From contig DULZ01000004.1 in NCBI GenBank assembly GCA_012840125.1, forward strand, positions 29,036-93,035: a DNA stretch of 64,000 nt. The letters run 5' to 3'. The notes under the pieces were generated by a model. That model did not search any database. It was given only the letters and a program-made list of their open reading frames with translations, and had not been told where the DNA came from. Shown piece by piece: positions 27,682 through 36,744 of the stretch; within the stretch, counting starts at the first letter, position 1; each line of letters opens with the position of its first letter. Source of the stretch: Clostridia bacterium. GTDB taxonomy: Bacteria; Bacillota; DULZ01. Position numbers and translations under genes: made by a program.

Positions 27682-28761
27682 CTACCAGCGGAACTGGGTC
27701 GTGGTACGGAAGGTCGGCACTGAGAAGATGAAATCGTCAATATGCTTATCCGTAAACGGTATACCGGTCTTCTTGAAGAAGTTCTCCCAGCCGATCCGGG
27801 CGATCCATTCACCTACGCGCTCGCCTTTCCTTGCATCCTTAATCCAAACCTCCACAATGTTCCTGACCGCTTCCACCACTTCAGGCCAGCGCGGCGGGTT
27901 GTTCGGGAGGTAAGGAATGGCCAGCCTGGAGAAGGACGGTGTGGACCTGGCGTTGGAGACTTTTCCACCCACCAGAATGGCGATACCGTCGTTTTCCGGA
28001 TCCAGGATCTGCATGGACGGGCACATGGTGTAGCAGTTGCCGCAGTACATGCATCTTTCCTCGTTCACCTTCACACTCTTGTTCTTCGGGTCCGGACGAA
28101 TGGCGGCGGTGGGACAAGCTGCGATGACGTTCGGGATCTCACAGGTTTTCGCCAGGTTTTCATGGTCAATCCGCGGCGGTGTCCGGTGTACGCCTAAAAT
28201 GGCGATGTCGGAGCAGTGCACGGCACCACACATGTTCAAGCAGCAAGCCAAGGCGATTCTTAACTTGGCCGGCAGGTCCATATGGGTGAAGTGTTCATAC
28301 AGGTCATCCATGACGGCCTTCACGATTCCGGAAGCATCGGTAGCCGGGGTGTGGCAGTGAATCCAGCCCTGGGTATGAACAATGTTGCTCATGGAGTTGC
28401 CGGTACCGCCCACCGGATAACCTTTTTCTTTCAGCTCAGCCAGCAGCGGTTCCAGTTGGCCCTTGTCGGAAACCAGGAACTCCACGTTATGACGGCTGGT
28501 GAAACGCAGGTACCCGCCGCAGTAGCGGTCGGCAATGTCACAAATAGCTCTAATCCAGTCGATACTGACCAGCCTGGGGGAGCCGACTCTGACGCTGTAA
28601 AGCTCGTCACCGCTTTCCGCCACGTGCTTCAGTACCCCCGGCTTAACGATTTCATGGTATGCCCACTTGCCGTAGTTATCCTTGATTACCGGAGGAAGGA
28701 AATTTCTATAATCCGGAGGCCCGATATCGGTTTTCCCAGTCACATTAGCCATAGCTGTCAC
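27682..28761 (-). CDS. dsrB: dissimilatory sulfite reductase beta subunit
   Basis: [28 protein letters not shown]...[21 protein letters not shown]...[15 protein letters not shown], followed by a ferredoxin-like [12 protein letters not shown]. Aligns closely with Desulfovibrio DsrB. Confidence 0.9.
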   Translation of the reverse strand: MTAMANVTGKTDIGPPDYRNFLPPVIKDNYGKWAYHEIVKPGVLKHVAESGDELYSVRVGSPRLVSIDWIRAICDIADRYCGGYLRFTSRHNVEFLVSDKGQLEPLLAELKEKGYPVGGTGNSMSNIVHTQGWIHCHTPATDASGIVKAVMDDLYEHFTHMDLPAKLRIALACCLNMCGAVHCSDIAILGVHRTPPRIDHENLAKTCEIPNVIAACPTAAIRPDPKNKSVKVNEERCMYCGNCYTMCPSMQILDPENDGIAILVGGKVSNARSTPSFSRLAIPYLPNNPPRWPEVVEAVRNIVEVWIKDARKGERVGEWIARIGWENFFKKTGIPFTDKHIDDFIFSVPTFRTTTQFRW

Positions 28762-28796
28762 TCCTTTGATCTTAATTGTATCTTGTGATTTCTTTC

Positions 28797-29993
28797 TTAT
28801 TTCTTGTCCTCAAAATCCTCATCCCGCCAGAAGATATACGGGTTGGCCCTGGGCTGGTAAACCATTTGCGGAACGGGCGGCAGTCCGACACCCCGCAGGA
28901 ACTCACCCATGCCTTTACGGTAAATCAGCTCGCCAATCCGCTCCCGCATCTTGCCGTGCTCATCCCACCATTCCCAGATCCTCTCCAGGAGGTCTTTCAG
29001 TTCTTGGTAGGGAGGCTCCATCTTCATGAAGGGCACGATAACCCAGGACAGGAAAGCAGATTGGACAATGGTAGCTTTACCCCCGATAAGGATGGTGGCG
29101 CCTCTCTCTTTACCAATCTTGATGGCTTTGGACATCTTATTGACACAGTGCATGCACCGGACGCAGTCCTCGGCTTTGAAGACCAGTTCCTGCTTGCTTT
29201 CATCGTAAGTCAAAGCTTTCGTCGGGCAGTAATCAGTTACTTCTTCTCTAATGTTGAACCCGTTGTTGGCGTATTTCTTCACTTCTTCCTGGTTAATGAT
29301 TAAGTCGTCCCGCCAAGTACCGATAATGGACAGGTCGGACCTGGCAATGGAAGCTACACAGTCATTGGGACAGCCTGCAATCTTGATTTTGAACTTGTAA
29401 GGCCACATGGGGCGGTGAATCTCATCCTGGTACGTCAGGGTCAAATCATGGCAGAGATCCAGGTTGTCAAAGCAAGCGAACTCGCAGCGAGCGGGACCGA
29501 CACAGGTACTGGGGGTTCTTAAATCGGATCCGGAACCGCCCAAATCCCAGCCGTTGGCACTCAGCTCGTCAAAGCAGGGCTGCAGTTCTTCCGTCTTGGT
29601 ACCCAACAGGATCATATCGCCGGTGGAACCGTGGAGGTTCGTTAAGCCGCTGCCTCTACGCTCCCAAATGTCGCAAATGGTTCTTAAAGCTTCCGTGGTA
29701 TAGAACCATCCGCTGGGCTGGTTCACCCGGATCGTGTGGAATTCCGCCACGCCGGGGAACTCCTCGGGCAGGTTGGTATAACGTCCGATGACACCGCCGC
29801 CGTAACCTCTTACACCAACGATACCGCCGTGTTTCCAGTGCCCGGTCTTGTCTTTATAGGACCTTTCCATCAGCCCCAGCAAGTCGGCAGCTGATTCGTT
29901 CTTGGCCGCCGCCTTCTTAATTTCAGAGACGAAACTTGGCCACGGCCCTTTCTCCAATTCATCTAACATAGGCGTCTTATGCTTTTCAGACAT
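28797..29993 (-). CDS. dsrA: dissimilatory sulfite reductase alpha subunit
   Basis: [26 protein letters not shown]...[21 protein letters not shown]...[29 protein letters not shown]...[16 protein letters not shown]...CVRCMHCVN. Matches DsrA throughout, with a shorter C-terminus than Desulfovibrio. Confidence 0.9.
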   Translation of the reverse strand: MSEKHKTPMLDELEKGPWPSFVSEIKKAAAKNESAADLLGLMERSYKDKTGHWKHGGIVGVRGYGGGVIGRYTNLPEEFPGVAEFHTIRVNQPSGWFYTTEALRTICDIWERRGSGLTNLHGSTGDMILLGTKTEELQPCFDELSANGWDLGGSGSDLRTPSTCVGPARCEFACFDNLDLCHDLTLTYQDEIHRPMWPYKFKIKIAGCPNDCVASIARSDLSIIGTWRDDLIINQEEVKKYANNGFNIREEVTDYCPTKALTYDESKQELVFKAEDCVRCMHCVNKMSKAIKIGKERGATILIGGKATIVQSAFLSWVIVPFMKMEPPYQELKDLLERIWEWWDEHGKMRERIGELIYRKGMGEFLRGVGLPPVPQMVYQPRANPYIFWRDEDFEDKK

Positions 29994-30061
29994 GTCTCCA
30001 CCTCCATAATTGTTAAACTGTTTTTGTGCCTGGTTGCTCTAATGAAGAATCCTTGTCTCTA

Positions 30062-31048
30062 TCACCCCTTTTCCACCGGAATGCCGGCGGCAATCATCTT
30101 GTCTCTAAACTCCTCTTCATATTCCTCGTAAGTATGCACATCCACCGGGTAATTCCACGGGTTGATGTGCCTTACGGCGCGGCAATTGTTAGCTAGGTTC
30201 CTGGTAGGGCTTAAGAAAATGCCACCCATGTGCATCAACTTGCTGAAGGGGAAATAGGCTACCAGGGTACTGGCCAGGAACAAGTGCACGAAGAATATAC
30301 CGTCCACACCCGCCGGTATCACCGGGTGGAAAGTGACCAACCCCAGGGCCAGTTCCTTAATCGCTGTAATGTCCACCTTCGACACATACTTCATCAGGAT
30401 CCCCGTGGTGGCGATACCTCCCAGCAGGAACAGCGGGAAATAGTCCGCCGTTAAAGAGATGTACTTCACCCGGGGGATCACTACTCTTCTCAGGAAAAGG
30501 AAAGTGATGGCTAGTACAATGAAGACATCGGTTAAGTAGAAGGCCTGGTATCCGAACCGGAACATGCCATCCAACCGGTCCAACCCACTGACTAAAGCCG
30601 GTACGGGTTCCGTGAAGTAGCGTAAATGACGTACTATGATGATGAAGAAGGACCAGTGAAAAACCAGACCAAACAGCCAGAGCCATTTTTCCCACCGGTA
30701 GACCAGCTTCCCGTCATGCAACTCGGCCTTTACATTCCTGAAGAGGGAGCGAAAACACAGCACCTCCAGCGCCATCCGGCCAATCACACCCGCTTTAGTA
30801 AAGGGGCTGTCCAGTTTACTGTCTTTGACCCAGTCCAGGGATCTCTGCTGCCCTCCCGTCAACACAATGTTAAAGGGAACGGGAGTAGAAGCCCACCGGA
30901 CAATCCGGTAGATAAAGCCGACCACAAACACCGCCACGGCCAGGTAGGGAATGACGACGCCGAACAGGAAAGTGCCCCCGGCTGCCACCCCGGCGATTGG
31001 CAGTAAAACCAGTACGATAGTAACGATGAGCGAGGTCCAAAGAGCCAT
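30062..31048 (-). CDS. dsrM: DsrM (NarI-like dihaem b membrane subunit of DsrMKJOP)
   Basis: Polytopic membrane protein with conserved His pairs in TM helices (LVFHWSFFIIIVRHLRYF) and nitrate-reductase-gamma-like topology. Located between dsrP and dsrA. Confidence 0.7.
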   Translation of the reverse strand: MALWTSLIVTIVLVLLPIAGVAAGGTFLFGVVIPYLAVAVFVVGFIYRIVRWASTPVPFNIVLTGGQQRSLDWVKDSKLDSPFTKAGVIGRMALEVLCFRSLFRNVKAELHDGKLVYRWEKWLWLFGLVFHWSFFIIIVRHLRYFTEPVPALVSGLDRLDGMFRFGYQAFYLTDVFIVLAITFLFLRRVVIPRVKYISLTADYFPLFLLGGIATTGILMKYVSKVDITAIKELALGLVTFHPVIPAGVDGIFFVHLFLASTLVAYFPFSKLMHMGGIFLSPTRNLANNCRAVRHINPWNYPVDVHTYEEYEEEFRDKMIAAGIPVEKG

Positions 31049-31063
31049 CCGCGGTTCACCTCC

Positions 31064-32221
31064 TTAAAATTCCACTTCCTCTTTAACGCCCACGGCAATC
31101 TTATACAGCAAGGTCAGTACCAGCAGCCCCAATGCCCAGATCCCGACGGTAATCATGATCTCGGGCCAGGTGGGGAAGTATTCCACCACGTGACCAAAGG
31201 GATTGGGGATAAAACCGGCTACTACCAAGCCCAGTCCCTTTTCTAAAAACATGGCCACAAAAGTCGCCGCGCAGGCTAGCTTCAAAGTGCTTTCATTCTT
31301 TCGCGTCGCCGGATTCAAGAGCAGGATTAAAGCCATTACTGCCAAAACCACAAAGGTCCACATGAAGGGTACTAACCCGGCATGCCCCTCCAGCCCGGCA
31401 AACAGGTACACCAAGCTGTGCATGTGTCCCGGTACCTGACTGTAAAAGGCCGTGAAAAATTCCAGACCGATAAAGAACAAGCTGATGGTCAGAGCATAAG
31501 TCATAATGACGGCTAATTTCTGCAGCCCCTCTTTAGCCACATCCACCCGGCTGAACTTTTTGATCACGAAGATGAGAAGTATCAACAGGGCCGGGCCCGA
31601 GGCAAAGGCCGACGCTAAGAACCGCGCCCCCATTAGGGCCGTCAACCAGTATCCTCTCCCGGGCAGCCCGGCATAGAGGAATGCGGTGACGGTGTGGATG
31701 CTGACGGCCCAGGGAATGGAAATGTAGATTAAAGTTTTTACCCATTTGGCCGGCGGCACCCCGCCTCGCTCAGCTTCCAGGACATTCCAGCCGATGATCA
31801 GGTTCAGCAGGAGATACCCGTTTAAAACCACCATGTCCCAGAACAAGATGGAGTTCGGCGTCGGGTGGAAAATCATATTGAACAACCGGGCCGGTTTCCC
31901 CAAATCCACGATCACAAACAGCAGGCACATCAACACCGCGGCAATGGCCAAGAATTCACCGAAGATGGTAATCGGTCCAAAGGATTTGTTGTGATGCAAG
32001 TAATACGGCAGCACCACGGTGACCGCTGAAGCAGCGATACCTACGAGGAAGGTGAGCTGGGCTATATACAGTCCCCAGGACACATCCCTGCTCATGCCGG
32101 TGATGCCGAGACCTTGATTCAGCTGCACCAGGTAACACCCAAAACCCACACCGATCAGCACCAGCAAGGTTATAATCCAAGCCCAGTATTTAGGACTTCC
32201 TTTAAAGGCCTTGTCAATCAT
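31064..32221 (-). CDS. dsrP: DsrP (NrfD/PsrC-like integral membrane quinone-interacting subunit)
   Basis: 385-aa, ~10-TM protein of the NrfD/polysulfide-reductase membrane-anchor type. Follows dsrO. Confidence 0.7.
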   Translation of the reverse strand: MIDKAFKGSPKYWAWIITLLVLIGVGFGCYLVQLNQGLGITGMSRDVSWGLYIAQLTFLVGIAASAVTVVLPYYLHHNKSFGPITIFGEFLAIAAVLMCLLFVIVDLGKPARLFNMIFHPTPNSILFWDMVVLNGYLLLNLIIGWNVLEAERGGVPPAKWVKTLIYISIPWAVSIHTVTAFLYAGLPGRGYWLTALMGARFLASAFASGPALLILLIFVIKKFSRVDVAKEGLQKLAVIMTYALTISLFFIGLEFFTAFYSQVPGHMHSLVYLFAGLEGHAGLVPFMWTFVVLAVMALILLLNPATRKNESTLKLACAATFVAMFLEKGLGLVVAGFIPNPFGHVVEYFPTWPEIMITVGIWALGLLVLTLLYKIAVGVKEEVEF

Positions 32222-32252
32222 TTTCCGCCCTCCTGACTACTTGTGTACAGGT

Positions 32253-33011
32253 TTACACCAGGTAGTAAACCTTTGGTTTCGTGCCCAGTTCCGCCTTCCG
32301 CTGTAAGCTGAAACGACCGGCCAGTACTTGCCGTACTTCGGAACCGGGATCATTCAAGTTGCCAAAATACAAGGCCTGGTGGGGACAAACCTCCACACAT
32401 ATGGGCCGCTGCCCCAGGGCAATCCGCTCATCACACAAGTTGCATTTTTCCACCACACCTTTTTCCCTGGTGGGGAATGCGGGATTAGCCTCCTTGATAA
32501 AGGGCCTGGGATCGGTGAAGTTAAAGCTCCTCGCCCCGTAAGGACAAGCCGCCATGCAATACCGGCACCCGATGCAGCGATGGTAATCCATCACCGTAAT
32601 ACCCGACGGCGTCTGGAAGGTAGCCTTGGTCGGGCACACCCGCACACAAGGGGCATTCTCACAATGGTTGCACAGGGCCAAAACATTGCTGCTTAATAAA
32701 CTCTCTTCCTTGAGCCCCTCCAGTTCCGGAAACACAGCCGTGAAAGGAGCTGACCAGATCCACTTTATCTCATTTTTGGCGCTATCCATCTCAGGCACAT
32801 TGTGATGGTAATGACACGCTTTGATGCATTCCCGGCAGCCGGCCTGCTGCTTTTCCCAGCACTTGCGCACATCGATGGCCAGACCCCACTTTGCTTTCCG
32901 GTCTGAGCTAACCGGTTCTTTATCGGCCAAGGCTTGCGCCAGGGGCAAGGTGCCCAGGACCAGCGCCGTGGCCCCGCCGGCTTTTAAGAACTCACGCCGG
33001 TTTATTCTCAT
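32253..33011 (-). CDS. dsrO: DsrO (periplasmic ferredoxin-like Fe-S subunit, Tat signal)
   Basis: Start MRINRREFLKAGGATALVLG is a twin-arginine signal. Several CxxCxxCxxxCP-type clusters (CNHCENAPCVRVCP, CIGCRYCMAACP, CNLCDERI...CVEVCP). ATG overlaps the dsrJ stop (ATGA), with GGAGGTGG RBS. Confidence 0.75.
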   Translation of the reverse strand: MRINRREFLKAGGATALVLGTLPLAQALADKEPVSSDRKAKWGLAIDVRKCWEKQQAGCRECIKACHYHHNVPEMDSAKNEIKWIWSAPFTAVFPELEGLKEESLLSSNVLALCNHCENAPCVRVCPTKATFQTPSGITVMDYHRCIGCRYCMAACPYGARSFNFTDPRPFIKEANPAFPTREKGVVEKCNLCDERIALGQRPICVEVCPHQALYFGNLNDPGSEVRQVLAGRFSLQRKAELGTKPKVYYLV

Positions 33012-33412
33012 AATCCCACCTCCTCCGGCTCCAGGTGGCAAGTCCAGCAATCAGGCTCCACGTTGCTGTAATCATGACACCGGTCACAAAAATCAGCTTT
33101 ATTGGAATGGCAATCTAAACAGGTGTTTTGCAAACTCACCGGGTAAACGGTGCCATCCCAGGCCTGGTACTCGCGCCGGCCGTCTCGAATGGCCCAGTCC
33201 CGCCAATCCTTTAAAAGCTCCATATGTTGACTGCGCATGGTTTCTACCGGCAACACGCATTTTTGCTCCGGCATCTGCAAGATGCGGGGAGTATTCAGAT
33301 CCAGCTCAGGAGCCTCGGCTTGGGCGCCAAATCCCAGCCAAAAAGGCAGGGTGGCGATGACAAAAAACACCGCTAGTCCAGCCAACACCCTTCCGCCGTT
33401 ATACATCGTCAT
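33008..33412 (-). CDS. dsrJ: DsrJ (periplasmic trihaem cytochrome c)
   Basis: 134 aa with an N-terminal signal/anchor, exactly three CxxCH haem motifs (CLDCH, CDRCH, CWTCH) and an additional conserved Cys (QKCVLP). Confidence 0.75.
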   Translation of the reverse strand: MTMYNGGRVLAGLAVFFVIATLPFWLGFGAQAEAPELDLNTPRILQMPEQKCVLPVETMRSQHMELLKDWRDWAIRDGRREYQAWDGTVYPVSLQNTCLDCHSNKADFCDRCHDYSNVEPDCWTCHLEPEEVGL

Positions 33413-35024
33413 TTCCCTCCTTGGCGCCCTGGGACACTAAAGGTTGCCCTCTCAGGTCAGCCTCCCGTTCTTTTTCGCCTGTCATTACCAGGGCATTGCC
33501 TACCAATTCATGGAGTCCGGACACCTGTACTCCTGGAACCCAGTAATCCATCAGGGCCGGCAGCACCGCCCGGTCCACGGCACAGATACAGCTTAACAAG
33601 TTGACATCGTATTTGTCTTTCACGTACTTGACGGCGTTGGCCCGCGGGAATCCGCCCCGCATTCTCATTTCCATCAGTTCATCGGCATTCAAGCCCGAGC
33701 CGCTGCCGCAGCAGAAGGTTTGCTCCCGGATGGTGTTGGACGGCATTTCATAGAAATGATTGCAAACATGTCTTAAGATGTACCGGGGTTCTTCCAATAA
33801 TCCCATGGACCTGGCCGGGTTGCAGGAATCATGGAAGGTCACCCGCCAGTGATCATTGCGGCTGGGATCTAATTTAATCTTGTTATGCTTGATCAGGTCC
33901 GCCGTAAACTCGGCAATATGGATCATCTTGGTGGAAGCGGCATGCTCAAACCTGGTACCGGTCACCGGGGATACCGGCACTTCCAAGAAATCAGCCGGAC
34001 CGTTCATAGTATCCATATACTGGTGAATGACCCGCCACATATGGCCGCATTCGCCGCCCAGGATCCATTTCACCCCGAGCCTTTTCGCCTCAGCATACAT
34101 CTTGGCGTTAAGTCTTTTCATCATTTCGTGGGAGGTGAATAAACCGAAATTGCCGCCTTCCGAAGCATAAGTACTAAAGGTATAATCCAGGCCGATTTCA
34201 TGGAGCAGCATGATTATGCCCATCAGGTTGTATGTACCCGGATCGGCAAAGATATCTCCGGAGGGGACAATCACCAGTACCTCCGCCCCTTTGCGGTTAA
34301 AGGTAACCTCGGGCCTAATCCCAGTTAAATCTTCGATATCATCCAAATAGAACTCAAACATATCTACCAGCCCGTGGGGCTGAATCCCCAAGTGATTACC
34401 CACCCGGTAGCAATTAGCTACGGAACTGACGATCCAGTCGATGTTCAAACCGACCAAATTCAGCAGCTCCCTCACAATCATCGTGATTTCCGCCGTGTCA
34501 ATCCCGTAAGGACAGAACAAGGAACAGCGGCGGCACTCGGTGCACTGGTAGAAGTAATAGAACCATTCTTTAATCACATCTACCGTGAGTTCCCTGGCTC
34601 CCACCAGCTTGCCGAGGAGTTTCCCGGCGGCGGTAAAATTCTTCCGGTAGACGGAACGCAAGAGCTCAGCCCTGAGCACCGGCATGTTTTTCGGGTCCCC
34701 CGAACCCAGGTAGAAATGGCACTTGTCCGCACAAGCACCACAGCGGACACAAATATCCATGAAGATCTTCAGGGAACGGAAACGATCGATTCTCTCCCGT
34801 AACCCCTCCCAAATAATTTCCTGCCAGTTTTCCGGGAGCTTCCAATCCTCCTCGGCCGGCGACCACTCCCGTGGGTAGGGTAGTCCTAAAACTTCCATAC
34901 TTTTAGGTTTGCTGGGATAGCTCCAGAAACCGGGTTTAAAGGTTACCGGCGTCTCCATCCAACCGGTAGCCGGGGGCTGGTAACTTACTTTGCGCAATTC
35001 GTCTGGTTTAGGCACTGATGACAC
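33399..35024 (-). CDS. dsrK: DsrK (CCG-domain Fe-S catalytic subunit, HdrD-like)
   Basis: CVRCGACADKCHF and CTECRRCSLFCPYG ferredoxin motifs plus CCG domains (HDSCNP...CCGSGSGL...CICAVD). Translationally coupled with dsrJ. Confidence 0.8.
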   Translation of the reverse strand: MSSVPKPDELRKVSYQPPATGWMETPVTFKPGFWSYPSKPKSMEVLGLPYPREWSPAEEDWKLPENWQEIIWEGLRERIDRFRSLKIFMDICVRCGACADKCHFYLGSGDPKNMPVLRAELLRSVYRKNFTAAGKLLGKLVGARELTVDVIKEWFYYFYQCTECRRCSLFCPYGIDTAEITMIVRELLNLVGLNIDWIVSSVANCYRVGNHLGIQPHGLVDMFEFYLDDIEDLTGIRPEVTFNRKGAEVLVIVPSGDIFADPGTYNLMGIIMLLHEIGLDYTFSTYASEGGNFGLFTSHEMMKRLNAKMYAEAKRLGVKWILGGECGHMWRVIHQYMDTMNGPADFLEVPVSPVTGTRFEHAASTKMIHIAEFTADLIKHNKIKLDPSRNDHWRVTFHDSCNPARSMGLLEEPRYILRHVCNHFYEMPSNTIREQTFCCGSGSGLNADELMEMRMRGGFPRANAVKYVKDKYDVNLLSCICAVDRAVLPALMDYWVPGVQVSGLHELVGNALVMTGEKEREADLRGQPLVSQGAKEGNDDV

Positions 35025-35026
35025 TT

Positions 35027-35563
35027 TTATCCCTCACTTCCTTCTGCCTGGTATCCATCGCACTGCCGGAGCACCGCGTCTTGATAAATCTTGGGGATAC
35101 TGTTTTTCAGTTCTTTGATGCGAATGGCGTACAGTTGCTCGCGGCAGTTGGAGTAGACTTCAAAAGCCAACAGGGTCGCTAAATCAATTCGTTCCTCGAA
35201 TTCCGCCAGCTCCTGCCAGCGTATCGTCTCCCGATGAGTTTCGGCCAACAGCTCTCGCACCGGCCGCTTCAGGTAAAGCAAGAAACCTACCGCCCGCCCC
35301 GGCGGAAAATCCTGCACCGCTCTGATTTTAATGAGAGGTTCCAGGGCGGCCTTGAGCATCTCTTCACTTATTTGGGACTGGACAAGCTGGGTCCAAAGGG
35401 CTTCAATGCCCTGGCGAAAAGTATAGCCCACCGGATTATTAAACGGATCGGAATTGTTCTTGAGGAAAAGTGCCGTTTCAGAGGGATAATCAGCCAAAAT
35501 CGCGTCAAACCATTTGGCCAGTATTGATTTCTGCTGGGACATTAAGAATGGGAGTATATTCAC
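35027..35563 (-). CDS. conserved hypothetical protein, first gene of the dsrKJOPM-dsrAB transcription unit (all-helical, possible sensor/regulatory domain)
   Basis: ORF overlaps the dsrK start by 4 nt (coupled). No catalytic motif is recognisable. Weak resemblance to RsbRD-N-type helical sensor domains (speculative). Start is ambiguous: GTG at 35563 with GGGGG RBS, or TTG at 35599. Confidence 0.45.
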   Translation of the reverse strand: MNILPFLMSQQKSILAKWFDAILADYPSETALFLKNNSDPFNNPVGYTFRQGIEALWTQLVQSQISEEMLKAALEPLIKIRAVQDFPPGRAVGFLLYLKRPVRELLAETHRETIRWQELAEFEERIDLATLLAFEVYSNCREQLYAIRIKELKNSIPKIYQDAVLRQCDGYQAEGSEG

Positions 35564-35798
35564 CGTTCGGCCCCCTATGTTAAAAAATAAAGGAAGCAAT
35601 TGTAACCGACTGCTTTACTAATTTGCTTAAATAGTTCGCTATTCATCGCTAAAATCCTGCCTGTTTTATAAAATCAGTCAAAAAAATTTTCATTATAGAT
35701 TAGTGCTCGTTAGTGTTTTTAGGTTTTTATTAAGAAAAAACAGGCTTGTGCGGGCGAAACAGCCCAACCCAAACCTGTGTTCTTGTTTAACAGGCAGA

Positions 35799-36689
35799 TT
35801 AGCTGTTGGCTTGCAGCTCAATCGTAAACTCCGGATGCATCAGCACATCGATTTTTTCCGGCTCGATTTCCGCGACAAGCTTCCTAAAACTGGACATGGA
35901 TACCCGCTCGATCATGTGGGCAATTCTTTCTTCATGATTACCATACCAGTAGTAAGCGGCCAAAATCCTTTGGATTTGCTCGATCACTTCACCTTGGGTA
36001 GGAAAATCACCAAAGCATTGGCCCAACATGGGACTTCTTCCCATTTTGCCGCCCACATACAAGCGATAGTATACACCTTCACAAAGCAAAGCCTCATTAG
36101 GGCAGGCATGCAAGCAGTCGCCGCAATCGATGCACTTTTCACGGTCATACACCACGCTGCCTAAACTATTCAGGTACAGGGCACCCTCGCGGCACTGTTT
36201 GATACAACTGCGGCACATCTTGCATTTTTCCGGGTAAAAGATGACGCGGGATACACCCACAACGCCAACATCATTAATTAATGGATGAGTGCAGCCGTTC
36301 ACACAACCGGAGATGGCGATCTTCACTTTGGCCGGCATATGATCTAAATGACCCAATATACTGTCCAACTCCAAACCAATTCCTTGGGTGTCTACTTGAG
36401 CATTGGCACAACTATAACGTCCGGGGCAAGCGACAATATTGCGCACATTATTCCCGTAGGCGCTTCCGTCCCACCCGGCGCGACTCAGCAAAGCTTGGGC
36501 CTGCTCTAAAAACTTGACCGGGACACCGGGAATTTCAATGGTTTTCCTGGTAGTCAGGTGCAATCGCCCGTCACCGTAGCGCAGCGCCACTTCTCGCAAA
36601 ATATCCAATTGCTCCGGGTACACTATCCCCAGCGGTACGCGCAGGCGGATGGTCACCAGGTTAGGATCTCTAGCAGACACACTTCTCAT
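35799..36689 (-). CDS. small sulfite/nitrite reductase-like protein (siroheme-[4Fe-4S] domain with inserted ferredoxin domain; AsrC / Dsr-like protein type)
   Basis: CPGRYSCANA...ISGCVNGC form a CxxxxxC-Xn-CxxxC siroheme-cluster motif, with the nitrite/sulfite-reductase ferredoxin-like half-domain. CKMCRSCIKQC and CIDCGDCLHACP are an inserted 2x[4Fe-4S] module. ATG at 36689 with GGAAAGAGGG RBS. Confidence 0.65.
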   Translation of the reverse strand: MRSVSARDPNLVTIRLRVPLGIVYPEQLDILREVALRYGDGRLHLTTRKTIEIPGVPVKFLEQAQALLSRAGWDGSAYGNNVRNIVACPGRYSCANAQVDTQGIGLELDSILGHLDHMPAKVKIAISGCVNGCTHPLINDVGVVGVSRVIFYPEKCKMCRSCIKQCREGALYLNSLGSVVYDREKCIDCGDCLHACPNEALLCEGVYYRLYVGGKMGRSPMLGQCFGDFPTQGEVIEQIQRILAAYYWYGNHEERIAHMIERVSMSSFRKLVAEIEPEKIDVLMHPEFTIELQANS

Positions 36690-36744
36690 GCGCAAAACCC
36701 TCTTTCCACGCCGGAATCATTTCATTACAAAGCCAATCCCGGCA

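Noticed and set aside
28037-29303. Plus-strand ORFs 28037..28360, 28282..28788, 28776..29303 and others inside dsrA/dsrB
   Set aside because: They are antisense shadows of the strongly supported dsrA/dsrB reading frames.
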